Assembly (NCBI GenBank): GCA_046758445.1
Contig: JBHIAE010000006.1
Span: forward strand, 77,400-101,399
Origin: Candidatus Thorarchaeota archaeon
Lineage (GTDB): Archaea > Asgardarchaeota > Thorarchaeia > Thorarchaeales > Thorarchaeaceae
Direction of reading: 5' to 3'
DNA: 24,000 nucleotides
Shown: positions 16,734 through 24,000 of the stretch, piece by piece
How positions within the stretch are numbered: the first letter of the stretch is position 1
How the letters are laid out: every line of letters begins with the position of its first letter
Notes under the pieces: generated by a model
What the model saw: only the letters and a program-made list of their open reading frames with translations
Databases searched by the model: none
What the model was told of the DNA's origin: nothing
Program-made: the position numbers and the translations under genes

Positions 16734-17384
16734 CTAGAGTTTCATGGCTGCGATGAGCTCCTCCAGACCCTGCCCAGTCTTTGAACTCAGCTTGAACACG
16801 GGGATTCGAGCATCCACCTCACGAACGTCTTGAACAAGCGACTCGGTGCCAAATCCAATGGCTTCGGCGAGGTCAATCTTGTTTATCACAACCATGTCTG
16901 CTCGCTTTATTGTCAGAGGGTGTTTTCGCACCATGTAAGGTCCTTCTGTGACGCTGACTAAGACTATCTTCTTCTCTACCCCAAGAGAGTATCCTGCGGG
17001 GCAAATTAGGTTCCCAACATTCTCGATGAAGACTATGTTGTACTTGGCAAGGTCAATATCTGCAAGCGCTACTTTGAGCATTCTGGCATCCAAGTGACAT
17101 GTGGTGCCAGTGTTGATTTGAACTGTATCTACACCGTGCGCAGCAACTCGGTCTGCGTCTATCCTAGTGGCCAGGTCTCCGGCCACCATCAGTATTCTGT
17201 ATCTATCCTTCAACTTCTCACATAGGGCCTCTATGAGCTGAGTCTTACCTGTGCCAACTGAACCCATGATGTCGAAGGCTCGAATGCCATTATGTTTGAA
17301 GACCTCGGCGTTCTGAGCTGCAGCCTCTTCATTGGCTCCGAAAAGGTCCTTATGGATGTCTATTGACACGGTTCGTTCTGTCAT
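16734..17384 (-). CDS. hypB: Hydrogenase/metalloenzyme nickel-incorporation GTPase HypB
   Basis: 216 aa. P-loop GSVGTGKT, ENVGNLICPA, NKIDL, and metal-site CH (TTCHLD) plus C (LICPA). The ATG overlaps the upstream stop as ATGA. Confidence 0.9.
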   Translation of the reverse strand: MTERTVSIDIHKDLFGANEEAAAQNAEVFKHNGIRAFDIMGSVGTGKTQLIEALCEKLKDRYRILMVAGDLATRIDADRVAAHGVDTVQINTGTTCHLDARMLKVALADIDLAKYNIVFIENVGNLICPAGYSLGVEKKIVLVSVTEGPYMVRKHPLTIKRADMVVINKIDLAEAIGFGTESLVQDVREVDARIPVFKLSSKTGQGLEELIAAMKL

Positions 17385-17950
17385 TGATGCTCATTCTCAC
17401 TGTGTAGGTCGTGATGAATCATTTCCGAATATAGATAATGCCCAACTAACGGTCGAACTACTAGCTTCTCAACCAGCAATGCTGCAAAGGCCCACAGGAA
17501 CGCTTGCAGCATGTCAATGGTTGCATAGAGAAATGTGACTTCGATTGATTCGGTCACTGCGGCAAAGATAGTCATACTCGGCAGGAAACCACCGACTAAA
17601 CCACCGCCAAGCAAGACCATGATCGCGTACGTAAAGCTATCTCTATCGGATCTCAGGTGAATGGCATATCCAGTACCAACTCCCAAGCAAATGTTACCAA
17701 TCATTGGGAGTATTGGTGGTTCTCCTCCAGCAACGGCACCCCCAAGTCCGACTATCGCACCGACGAGTGCCCCACCCGGCAGACCCCCGATGATTCCACC
17801 CAGCTCCGAGAAGAGGAAACCTGGCGTCAGGTCGAGAAGACCGGGTATCACGGGGATTCTGACGAACATCCTCACAACAACTCCAAGAGCAGCTAGCATG
17901 GCGAGCGTCGTCAATGCAACTGTGTTTCTTTGAAGGGGAATCGAGCTCAT
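17381..17950 (-). CDS. Gly-rich polytopic membrane protein (ECF S-component-like) with His-rich C-terminal tail
   Basis: About 5-6 TM spans. LTPGFLFSELGGIIGGLPGGALVGAIVGLGG resembles ECF substrate-capture components. Tail EMIHHDLHSENEHQ. ATG 17950 lies 25 nt after the upstream stop (the track ORF begins at TTG 17965). Confidence 0.5.
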   Translation of the reverse strand: MSSIPLQRNTVALTTLAMLAALGVVVRMFVRIPVIPGLLDLTPGFLFSELGGIIGGLPGGALVGAIVGLGGAVAGGEPPILPMIGNICLGVGTGYAIHLRSDRDSFTYAIMVLLGGGLVGGFLPSMTIFAAVTESIEVTFLYATIDMLQAFLWAFAALLVEKLVVRPLVGHYLYSEMIHHDLHSENEHQ

Positions 17951-17975
17951 TACTGATTCACTCAATTGTCGTCAC

Positions 17976-18353
17976 TCAACTTGGAGGGTCCGGCCATGGT
18001 TCCAACAAGTATCTTCTGGTCTCGACGTACCACTGTTCAAGTCTGGCAAGGATTTGCTGTCTGACTTCCTCAGTAGAGATCGCCCTGTAGACGTAGTAGT
18101 AACCGCCTCTGTCGAAGGTGCGTTCTTCGGTATCGATGAGGCCCATCCTCTTGAGCTTCTTGAGAACGCGCTGCACCGTGCTACGATCACGACCAATCCG
18201 ACTAGCGATATTCTTCACAGTCTTGGGACCAGAAATCAGAGCGAAGTACGCATCGATCTCTGTACTCCTAAGCCCAAATGCGCAGCACAGCAAGTCGGAG
18301 GGTTTGTCAAACCCTTTGCTGAAGAGGTTGGCCAGAGGCTCACGAGAACTCAT
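17976..18353 (-). CDS. TrmB-like winged-helix transcriptional regulator
   Basis: LLCCAFGLRSTEIDAYFALISGPKTVKNIASRIGRDRSTVQRVLKKLKRMGLIDTEER matches the TrmB N-terminal HTH pattern. Confidence 0.65.
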   Translation of the reverse strand: MSSREPLANLFSKGFDKPSDLLCCAFGLRSTEIDAYFALISGPKTVKNIASRIGRDRSTVQRVLKKLKRMGLIDTEERTFDRGGYYYVYRAISTEEVRQQILARLEQWYVETRRYLLEPWPDPPS

Positions 18354-18392
18354 TTTGACTCACATCAGAGTCCTATCGATATCACATAAGGG

Positions 18393-18412
18393 TTGTGCAG
18401 CAGCCTGCACAA
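18393..18412. promoter_or_regulatory. Perfect 8-bp inverted repeat TTGTGCAG-CAGC-CTGCACAA in a divergent promoter region (candidate operator)
   Basis: Read directly from sequence. It lies between ATG 18353 (minus) and ATG 18482 (plus). It is flanked by AT-rich TATA-like elements (TATCGATATCACATAAGG on the left, CCAATAATAC on the right). Confidence 0.4.
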
Positions 18413-18481
18413 TCGCTGTTGCCCAATAATACTTCGGTTCAAAAGACAGTAGGGGCAGTGAACCCAGGGTGCTAATCTGAG

Positions 18482-18955
18482 ATGGACTTTAGACCGGTGA
18501 AAGATGACACGAGCTCCGATCCCTGGACACGACACGAAACAGAGCCGGCATACCTTCGACCCATAAACCTTGCTCCACTCAAAGGAATTATCGAATCAGA
18601 CCCGGTCCGCTCAAGGGTCTTGAAGGTCCTCATTGAGGACGGGTCTTGGGTTAGCACAGGAGATCTTCTTAGAGCCGCACGTCAAGAGAAACCTATTGTG
18701 GGAGCTGTGACAGTGGGAACGATGCTCCACGGTCTAAACAATCTGGTGTCCTCAAAGCTAATACTTAGCAGGACCTCTCTAAACTCTGGCATTGAATGGG
18801 CTGAGTGGCGTATTAATCCCGATTGGATCAGACCTACACGGAAGCTGCTACAAATGCTGAGGAGGCCAAAGTTCGAGAAAGCAGTTGCCAAGAAGAGACC
18901 ATCTAAGAGGCAGACGCTTCTAGACAAGCATGAAGAGCCTACTACTCAGGAATGA
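18482..18955 (+). CDS. Hypothetical wHTH-like protein with basic C-terminal tail
   Basis: SDPVRSRVLKVLIEDGSWVSTGDLLRAA...GTMLHGLNNLVSSKLI resembles an ArsR-like wHTH. C-terminus RRPKFEKAVAKKRPSKRQ is basic. Weak ribosome-binding site. Confidence 0.4.
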   Translation: MDFRPVKDDTSSDPWTRHETEPAYLRPINLAPLKGIIESDPVRSRVLKVLIEDGSWVSTGDLLRAARQEKPIVGAVTVGTMLHGLNNLVSSKLILSRTSLNSGIEWAEWRINPDWIRPTRKLLQMLRRPKFEKAVAKKRPSKRQTLLDKHEEPTTQE

Positions 18956-18978
18956 GTAGCTAGCATGCTTTGAGTAGA

Positions 18979-18987
18979 CTTATTAGG
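18979..18987 (+). promoter_or_regulatory. CTTATTAGG TATA-like box positioned for a leaderless transcript starting at ATG 19009
   Basis: The motif centre lies about 26-27 nt upstream of ATG 19009. No Shine-Dalgarno sequence between them. Confidence 0.4.
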
Positions 18988-19008
18988 GGTGTACGGACAC
19001 AAGAGTAC

Positions 19009-19665
19009 ATGCGGAATCCGACCAAGAAGGAGACTCGAGCCATCGTGGTCACAACTGACGACGAATATCAAGAGGTTAGATGGCAGCTATCAGATGTTTC
19101 AGTGTCGAGTGAAAGAGCCAAGAAGGTCGCTCTCGCAGCCATCATGGCGGCTCTGTCCATGGCTGTGTCCCCGGTGGCCTTGTACCTCCCAAGGATTCCG
19201 GGATGGGACATCGCGCTGTTTGACCCCATCTCTTTCTTCTGGATCATAGCCTTCCTGGTCGGCGGAATGTGGGTCGGTCTGGTCAGTGTTGTGGCGGGAA
19301 CATTAGGACTGTTCTTCTTTGACCCATCGGTTGTAGGGCCATTCTTCAAGCTAGAGGCAACGTTACCTATGATCATCATTCCCTGGTTATTCGTGCATTA
19401 TCGCGGTCGTGAGAAAGGCGGGGAGTATCTGGCCTCTTTGAAGGTGTACTTCGGTGCTATGGTCATAGGCGCAATCATCAGAGCCATAATAATGGTCCCA
19501 ACAAACCTTGTTGCAGTGCCTCTGCTCTATGGTCCAGGGTTGCCGCCAGACTTCATCATCGCCTACACGCTTGTGGTCAATGTTTCTCAGAGCTTCTGGG
19601 ACGCGATAGTGCCGTTCATTGTGGTCCATACGAGTCCTGTGTTCAACCGCTTTGGCATGTGGTAA
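19009..19665 (+). CDS. Polytopic membrane protein (ECF S-component-like), probable leaderless start
   Basis: KKVALAAIMAALSMAVSPVALYLPRIPGWDIALFDPISFFWIIAFLVGG shares layout with ORF 17381-17950. The track ORF starts at TTG 18970, which would put the TATA-like box inside the coding sequence. Confidence 0.5.
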   Translation: MRNPTKKETRAIVVTTDDEYQEVRWQLSDVSVSSERAKKVALAAIMAALSMAVSPVALYLPRIPGWDIALFDPISFFWIIAFLVGGMWVGLVSVVAGTLGLFFFDPSVVGPFFKLEATLPMIIIPWLFVHYRGREKGGEYLASLKVYFGAMVIGAIIRAIIMVPTNLVAVPLLYGPGLPPDFIIAYTLVVNVSQSFWDAIVPFIVVHTSPVFNRFGMW

Positions 19666-19766
19666 GTCGCCTACGAAGTGTGTCGTGGAACAGAGGGGAC
19701 CCTAGAAATCGCTATATGTGACAGTCCGTATCTTAGCTCGAACCAGCCGCTATAGGATGAGTCACA

Positions 19767-20579
19767 ATGCGCCGCTGTGAGTTCTGCGACAGTCCGGTTC
19801 CAGCCGATGCCACGATATGTCCGGTATGCAAGGAAGAGATCGCTGAGGAAACGCTAGAGAGAATCCTTCCGATGCTTAGGAGGCCGGATGCTCCGGACGT
19901 CCGCGAGATGGGAGTGATTCAAAGACTGTGGGGAGTCATTCGCCGACCAGCGGCTGCATTCAGAGATATCGGTCAAAAGCCTGATGCGGTAGGACCCCTC
20001 CTCGTCATAGTGGCCAATGCTCTTGTTCTACTGGGATTCTTCTTGGCCATTTCTTCGAAGTTCACTGTCAACGTCGTTGTGAATATGACATCCGGACAGA
20101 CGGCACGCATGAGTATTCTAACAAGTCCATTCGGGCCACCGGTCTATTTGGCCGCATTGACAACGTTGCTTCCGAATATCATGCTGGGTCTCGTGTATCT
20201 CGTGGTCGGGGGCGCCTTCGCCCACCTTGCGTTCAAAGTGACAGGGGGTGTCGGAAGGAGAGGTAAGACTTTCTCAATCATCGGCTATAGCATGCTCCCA
20301 GTGGTCATATTCAGAGTAATCGGTATTCTAGTAATCTTGGCGACTATGCCCTCTTTCCCTGTAGACCTTGCGTTTCAACATTCACTAGTGATTGACCAGG
20401 TATTCCGAGCTGAGCAATGGATAACAATCGACTACCTGACGATAGTTGCTTTCTTCTGGACAGGGTTCTTGTTGATATTTGGAATTCGGGAGGGGCATGA
20501 CACATCCACACAATGGGCGACCTTAGTGTCAATAGCTTGCATCATTGTGCTAGTATGGACATTCTTGCAGGTTCACTAG
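19767..20579 (+). CDS. Yip1-domain membrane protein with N-terminal zinc ribbon
   Basis: CEFCDSPVPADATICPVCK (CxxC-N11-CxxC) is followed by RLWGVIRRPAAAFRDIGQKPDAVGPLLVI and five hydrophobic spans, as in archaeal Yip1/DUF1282-type proteins. Confidence 0.6.
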   Translation: MRRCEFCDSPVPADATICPVCKEEIAEETLERILPMLRRPDAPDVREMGVIQRLWGVIRRPAAAFRDIGQKPDAVGPLLVIVANALVLLGFFLAISSKFTVNVVVNMTSGQTARMSILTSPFGPPVYLAALTTLLPNIMLGLVYLVVGGAFAHLAFKVTGGVGRRGKTFSIIGYSMLPVVIFRVIGILVILATMPSFPVDLAFQHSLVIDQVFRAEQWITIDYLTIVAFFWTGFLLIFGIREGHDTSTQWATLVSIACIIVLVWTFLQVH

Positions 20580-21529
20580 ACAAGAAAGAAGATCTCATAG
20601 AAAGGAATGATTACGAAAGTAATGATACCAACCAGAGCCCCGATCTTGTCAAGAGTGCTACCTATCAAGAGACGTTTCTCATTACTTGGTCCGGTCAACG
20701 GAGCGATAGCTGCACCCAGAACAACTCCAGAACCCAGAATCAACAGGGGCCATAGATCCCAGCTTGCAAAACCAAGAATCCAGACCAGCACGTAGCATGT
20801 CGCTCCGATTAGATTCAAGATTGCCGCAACGGCTGCGGCCGCTCGATAGCCATAGACTCTAGCAATCGTTCTAACATCTCTCACTCTGTCGCCCTCAACA
20901 TCCTCTGCGCCCTTTATTGTTTCACGAGCTTGGAGAATCATGAATGCTGTCACAAAGAACAGCCAGATGGGAAGCGGGATGTTGAAAGGAAGGCCAATCG
21001 CCTCACCATATACAACTGCGCCATAGATTACCCCGAAAGCGAAAGAGAATGCCACCATGAAGTTGCCTGCCAGGCCGAACGTCTTGACCTTTGCGGCATA
21101 TGCGTAGCCGGCAACAATGAAAACGAATACTATCAGCGTTCCAAACAGGCCAAATGGTTTGTTCAGGAAGGCTAGTATCACGCCCAGTACACTTAGGATT
21201 GCAACGTAGTACCATGCCTGTTTCACCGTCATCCGACCACTTGGAAGCGCCCGGTGTGGGCGGTTTATCTTGTCCACCTCTATGTCAAAGATGTCATTGA
21301 CAACATTGCCCCCAGCAGCAATCATAAAGTAGGTGAAGAATCCAAAGACAAACTGAGGAGTGTATGCCAGGACATCAGTTCCAACCGGAGTCATCTTGTA
21401 GGCCATTGCCACACCAGCAATGACTGTAAGGCCCCCAATTATCAGGTTCTGTAGTCGGAGTATCGATAGGAATGCCTTGGGATCTGTCTTCTGTGGGGCT
21501 TCAGTATTAGGGCGGGCTGGTTCCGACAT
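20576..21529 (-). CDS. UbiA-family prenyltransferase, probable digeranylgeranylglyceryl phosphate synthase
   Basis: 317 aa, about 8-9 TM spans. First Asp-rich motif NVVNDIFDIEVDKINRPHRALPSGR, then YAAKVKTFGLAGNFMV and a second Asp-rich region AEDVEGDRVRDVRT. Confidence 0.8.
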   Translation of the reverse strand: MSEPARPNTEAPQKTDPKAFLSILRLQNLIIGGLTVIAGVAMAYKMTPVGTDVLAYTPQFVFGFFTYFMIAAGGNVVNDIFDIEVDKINRPHRALPSGRMTVKQAWYYVAILSVLGVILAFLNKPFGLFGTLIVFVFIVAGYAYAAKVKTFGLAGNFMVAFSFAFGVIYGAVVYGEAIGLPFNIPLPIWLFFVTAFMILQARETIKGAEDVEGDRVRDVRTIARVYGYRAAAAVAAILNLIGATCYVLVWILGFASWDLWPLLILGSGVVLGAAIAPLTGPSNEKRLLIGSTLDKIGALVGIITFVIIPFYEIFFLV

Positions 21530-21692
21530 GATACTGTCCTCTCCATGCCATCGAAGCCCGTCCGCGATTAAAGACTTCCGTTGCTGCTGGGCTCACCCAA
21601 TGACTCATATTCCGAGGGGCGGCCTGCTCGTAAGATGGCTCTGATTGCCAGTCCTTGATTCCTATGTGAGACCTCGACTAGATGGAGGAACG

Positions 21693-22544
21693 ATGGCGCT
21701 GGAAAAGATACGATTTGGACCTGCAGGATACCCTGAAACGGCGAAAGGTAAGCTCACTAGTGTGTTTCAGATTCTGGGCGACGCGGGTCTAGAAGCGCTT
21801 GAGTATGCCGCAGTCTACGGACTCAGGTTGGGGGAATCAAGAGCACGAGAGATCGGAGAGCTGGCCAGAAAGCATGACATCTCAATGAGCATGCACGCGG
21901 CTTACTACATCAGCCTCGCGTCCCGAGATGCAGAGGTGCGCAAGAGGTCGAAGGGTCGCCTCATAAAGACGCTTCAATTTGCTCCATTGATGGGGGTGAA
22001 ACGAATCGTGTTTCATGCGGGCGGATATAGTGGACTGAATCCCGATGAGGCATACAGAGTGGTAAAGGATGCCATTCTAGAGGTGTGGGAAAAGGCCGGG
22101 CATTTGGGAGAGGATGCATTCCTTTCGCCAGAAACTGCCGGCAAGTTGGGCTCATTCGGATCGGTGGATGAGCTCTTGAGACTATGCAGCGAGATTGATA
22201 GGACTCTCCCAACAATTGACTGGGCACACCTGCATGCGAGAAGTCAAGGAAAATCAAGTGACAAGGATAGTTATCTAAGAGTCTTGGGACAATTCGAGGA
22301 TGCATTAGGAAGACGGTTCGTTGACAACATGCATTTCCACGTTAGCGGAATCAAGTTTACTTCTAGAGGAGAGGAGTCGCATAGACCATTGGGAGGGAGA
22401 TGGGGTCCGGACATACTGCCTCTCATGAAGATAGTGAGTGAAGTGGGCTACAAGCCCACCTTCATATCTGAAACACCTACTCCTATCAGAGGTGCGCTAT
22501 ATGCAAAGGCTCTGTATGACGAGTTGGAGAAGATGAAAGAATGA
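21693..22544 (+). CDS. Endonuclease IV-like TIM-barrel protein (AP endonuclease family 2 / xylose isomerase-like fold)
   Basis: Metal-ligand pattern SMHAAYY, VFHAGG, SPETAG, IDWAHLHA, HFHVSG and ISETP. ATG 21693 follows GGAGG by 5 nt (the track ORF begins at TTG 21645). Confidence 0.65.
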   Translation: MALEKIRFGPAGYPETAKGKLTSVFQILGDAGLEALEYAAVYGLRLGESRAREIGELARKHDISMSMHAAYYISLASRDAEVRKRSKGRLIKTLQFAPLMGVKRIVFHAGGYSGLNPDEAYRVVKDAILEVWEKAGHLGEDAFLSPETAGKLGSFGSVDELLRLCSEIDRTLPTIDWAHLHARSQGKSSDKDSYLRVLGQFEDALGRRFVDNMHFHVSGIKFTSRGEESHRPLGGRWGPDILPLMKIVSEVGYKPTFISETPTPIRGALYAKALYDELEKMKE

Positions 22545-23884
22545 CAGATTACGCATTTGTCCTTGGAAAGAACTGGCTACTCAGCCTAGCCGAACTTGTC
22601 GTGTATCTTCAAGACAGAGGGATAGCTGACAAGGTGAAGGACTACTCGCGTACTTCTGCCATAATAGAAACTGAACAGAAGCTGGATGACGGACATCTTG
22701 TGGACATTCAGAGTGCCCTTGGTGGATGTTTCAAGGCGGGCCGAGTCCTGTCAGTATATGATCGTGATTTGGTGGAGAAAGCGTTTCCAGCACGAGGGAA
22801 GATAGACAAAGCTACTCGGAAGATGCTACAGGAAGTTCCTTGGGTAGATAGAGTGTGGCACAAACCTAGAGGCGCTAGAATCAGATTCGGAATTAGCACC
22901 TATCCTCTAATGAACAAGCAGACGAGCATAGACCTGAAGAAGTTTACGTTGGGAATGGACGAGTGGGTGAAGAAGAAGCTGATTGAACGTGGTGCAAGAA
23001 AGGCAAACTACTACGCGTATGAGGGGCCAGACAAACGTGACCCAAAGAGACCCAGTGTAGCTCTTTGGCCAAAGACCATAGCAAGGCGGGGACTTTTGAA
23101 TCCGCCAAATGCAGAGATATTAGCTCTGTTGACAGAGAGATCGGTGTACCTAGCAAAGACAGTGGCTGTGTACGATTCTCAACTGCAGCAGTACAGAGAT
23201 GAAGCTCGACCATACATTACTGCTGAAGTTAGCACAAGTCCAAAGATGTGTAGAACTTTGCTCAACTTGGCCGGAGCCAGACCCGGAGATATTGTCCTTG
23301 ACCCATTCTGTGGAACGGGAACTCTCCTCATGGAGGCAGCGATGCTTGGCATGAAATGCATAGGGATAGACATCAACGGCGAAGCAGTAGAGGGAGCGCG
23401 TTCGAACATGAAGTGGTTGGGGTCGAATCTGGGCGAGTGGATTGACTTCAAGATTCTAAGAGGAGACGCTCGTGAGGTTTCGAGCATCATTGATGGAAAA
23501 GTCGACGCCATTGCTTTCGAACCAGATCTCGGCCCTGTCTATAGCGATCCTCCGAACCTGGAGGAGGCCAAGAGCACCATCAATAGTCTAACAGCTCTCT
23601 ACAGAGAGGTTTTGCAGAGTGTAGAGTCATGCCTACGCTCGCGAGGAAGAATAGGAATGACTGTGCCTGTCATCAATACCACTGATGGGCAATTGTCAGT
23701 AGATGTTGATGCAATGACAGAAGGAACTAGCTTTGATGTCTTCAAGCTGTTGCACGGTAACGCGTTTGCAGACTATGTACCTAGAAGTCAACGCCTCGCT
23801 GTCGTCACAGATCGTACAACGCTTCCCGAGAGAAAGAGGGGGCAGATTGTTCAGCGTGCAGTGTTGATGCTAGGTAGGGTCTAG
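22541..23884 (+). CDS. Class I SAM-dependent RNA methyltransferase, Trm11/UPF0020-like, with extended N-terminal domain
   Basis: N-terminus YAFVLGKNWLLSLAELVVYL resembles Trm11-type proteins. SAM motif I is VLDPFCGTGTLLMEAA. Motif IV reads AFEPDLGP. The ATG overlaps the upstream stop as ATGA. Confidence 0.7.
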   Translation: MTDYAFVLGKNWLLSLAELVVYLQDRGIADKVKDYSRTSAIIETEQKLDDGHLVDIQSALGGCFKAGRVLSVYDRDLVEKAFPARGKIDKATRKMLQEVPWVDRVWHKPRGARIRFGISTYPLMNKQTSIDLKKFTLGMDEWVKKKLIERGARKANYYAYEGPDKRDPKRPSVALWPKTIARRGLLNPPNAEILALLTERSVYLAKTVAVYDSQLQQYRDEARPYITAEVSTSPKMCRTLLNLAGARPGDIVLDPFCGTGTLLMEAAMLGMKCIGIDINGEAVEGARSNMKWLGSNLGEWIDFKILRGDAREVSSIIDGKVDAIAFEPDLGPVYSDPPNLEEAKSTINSLTALYREVLQSVESCLRSRGRIGMTVPVINTTDGQLSVDVDAMTEGTSFDVFKLLHGNAFADYVPRSQRLAVVTDRTTLPERKRGQIVQRAVLMLGRV

Positions 23885-24000
23885 AACAGATGCCGAACAA
23901 CGTCATCGAGTATGGCATAAGTCTGCATTCGCTCAATATCAGACTTCACGTAGGGCATCGCCTCCTCGAATATCATCTTGCGATACTTTGCCTTGGTGAC
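23881..24000 (-). CDS. Partial CDS (C-terminal 39 codons) running off the right edge; unknown function
   Basis: The minus-strand frame is open from the window edge: VTKAKYRKMIFEEAMPYVKSDIERMQTYAILDDVVRHLF-stop. Too short to assign. Confidence 0.3.
   Translation of the reverse strand, partial: VTKAKYRKMIFEEAMPYVKSDIERMQTYAILDDVVRHLF

Noticed and set aside
1-24000. Scan for CRISPR repeats, IS elements or terminal inverted repeats, rRNA, and defence-system hallmarks (nucleases, helicases, ATPases in operons).
   Set aside because: None seen. The only repeated DNA is the tRNA-His-derived pair and the short promoter-like 9-mer.

Overview
The window looks like compact archaeal chromosome, about 90% coding. 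The archaeal call rests on a DGGGP-synthase-like UbiA prenyltransferase, an MfnA-type decarboxylase, TrmB-like winged-helix regulators, GGAGG/GGTGA ribosome-binding sites mixed with one apparently leaderless start, and a tRNA-His carrying a T-loop insertion. I see no rRNA, CRISPR array, transposase, integrase or recognisable defence gene. Content from left to right: nikR, a peroxiredoxin and an MBL hydrolase. Next is a minus-strand acyl-CoA operon (small wHTH, acyl-CoA dehydrogenase, enoyl-CoA hydratase, SCP2, acyl-CoA synthetase). Then three paralogous small 4-TM proteins sit among an amidase broken by a homopolymer frameshift, a PNPOx-like protein and a standalone E2-type acyltransferase domain. 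These are followed by a TPR protein, tRNA-His with a diverged partial duplicate 737 bp away, membrane proteins, DUF2284-like plus mfnA, a wHTH and TraB. After that comes a TrmB-like / His-tailed membrane protein / hypB operon facing a second wHTH-plus-membrane pair across a perfect palindrome. The window ends with a zinc-ribbon Yip1 protein, UbiA, an endonuclease IV-like protein coupled to a Trm11-like methyltransferase, and a partial ORF at the right edge. I found no convincing novel multi-gene system. The best candidates for follow-up are the hypB-centred membrane/regulator module, the tRNA-His duplication and insertion, the WAWW small-membrane-protein family and a recurrent CTTATTAGG promoter-like 9-mer. 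All product calls come from motif recognition by eye; no searches were run.
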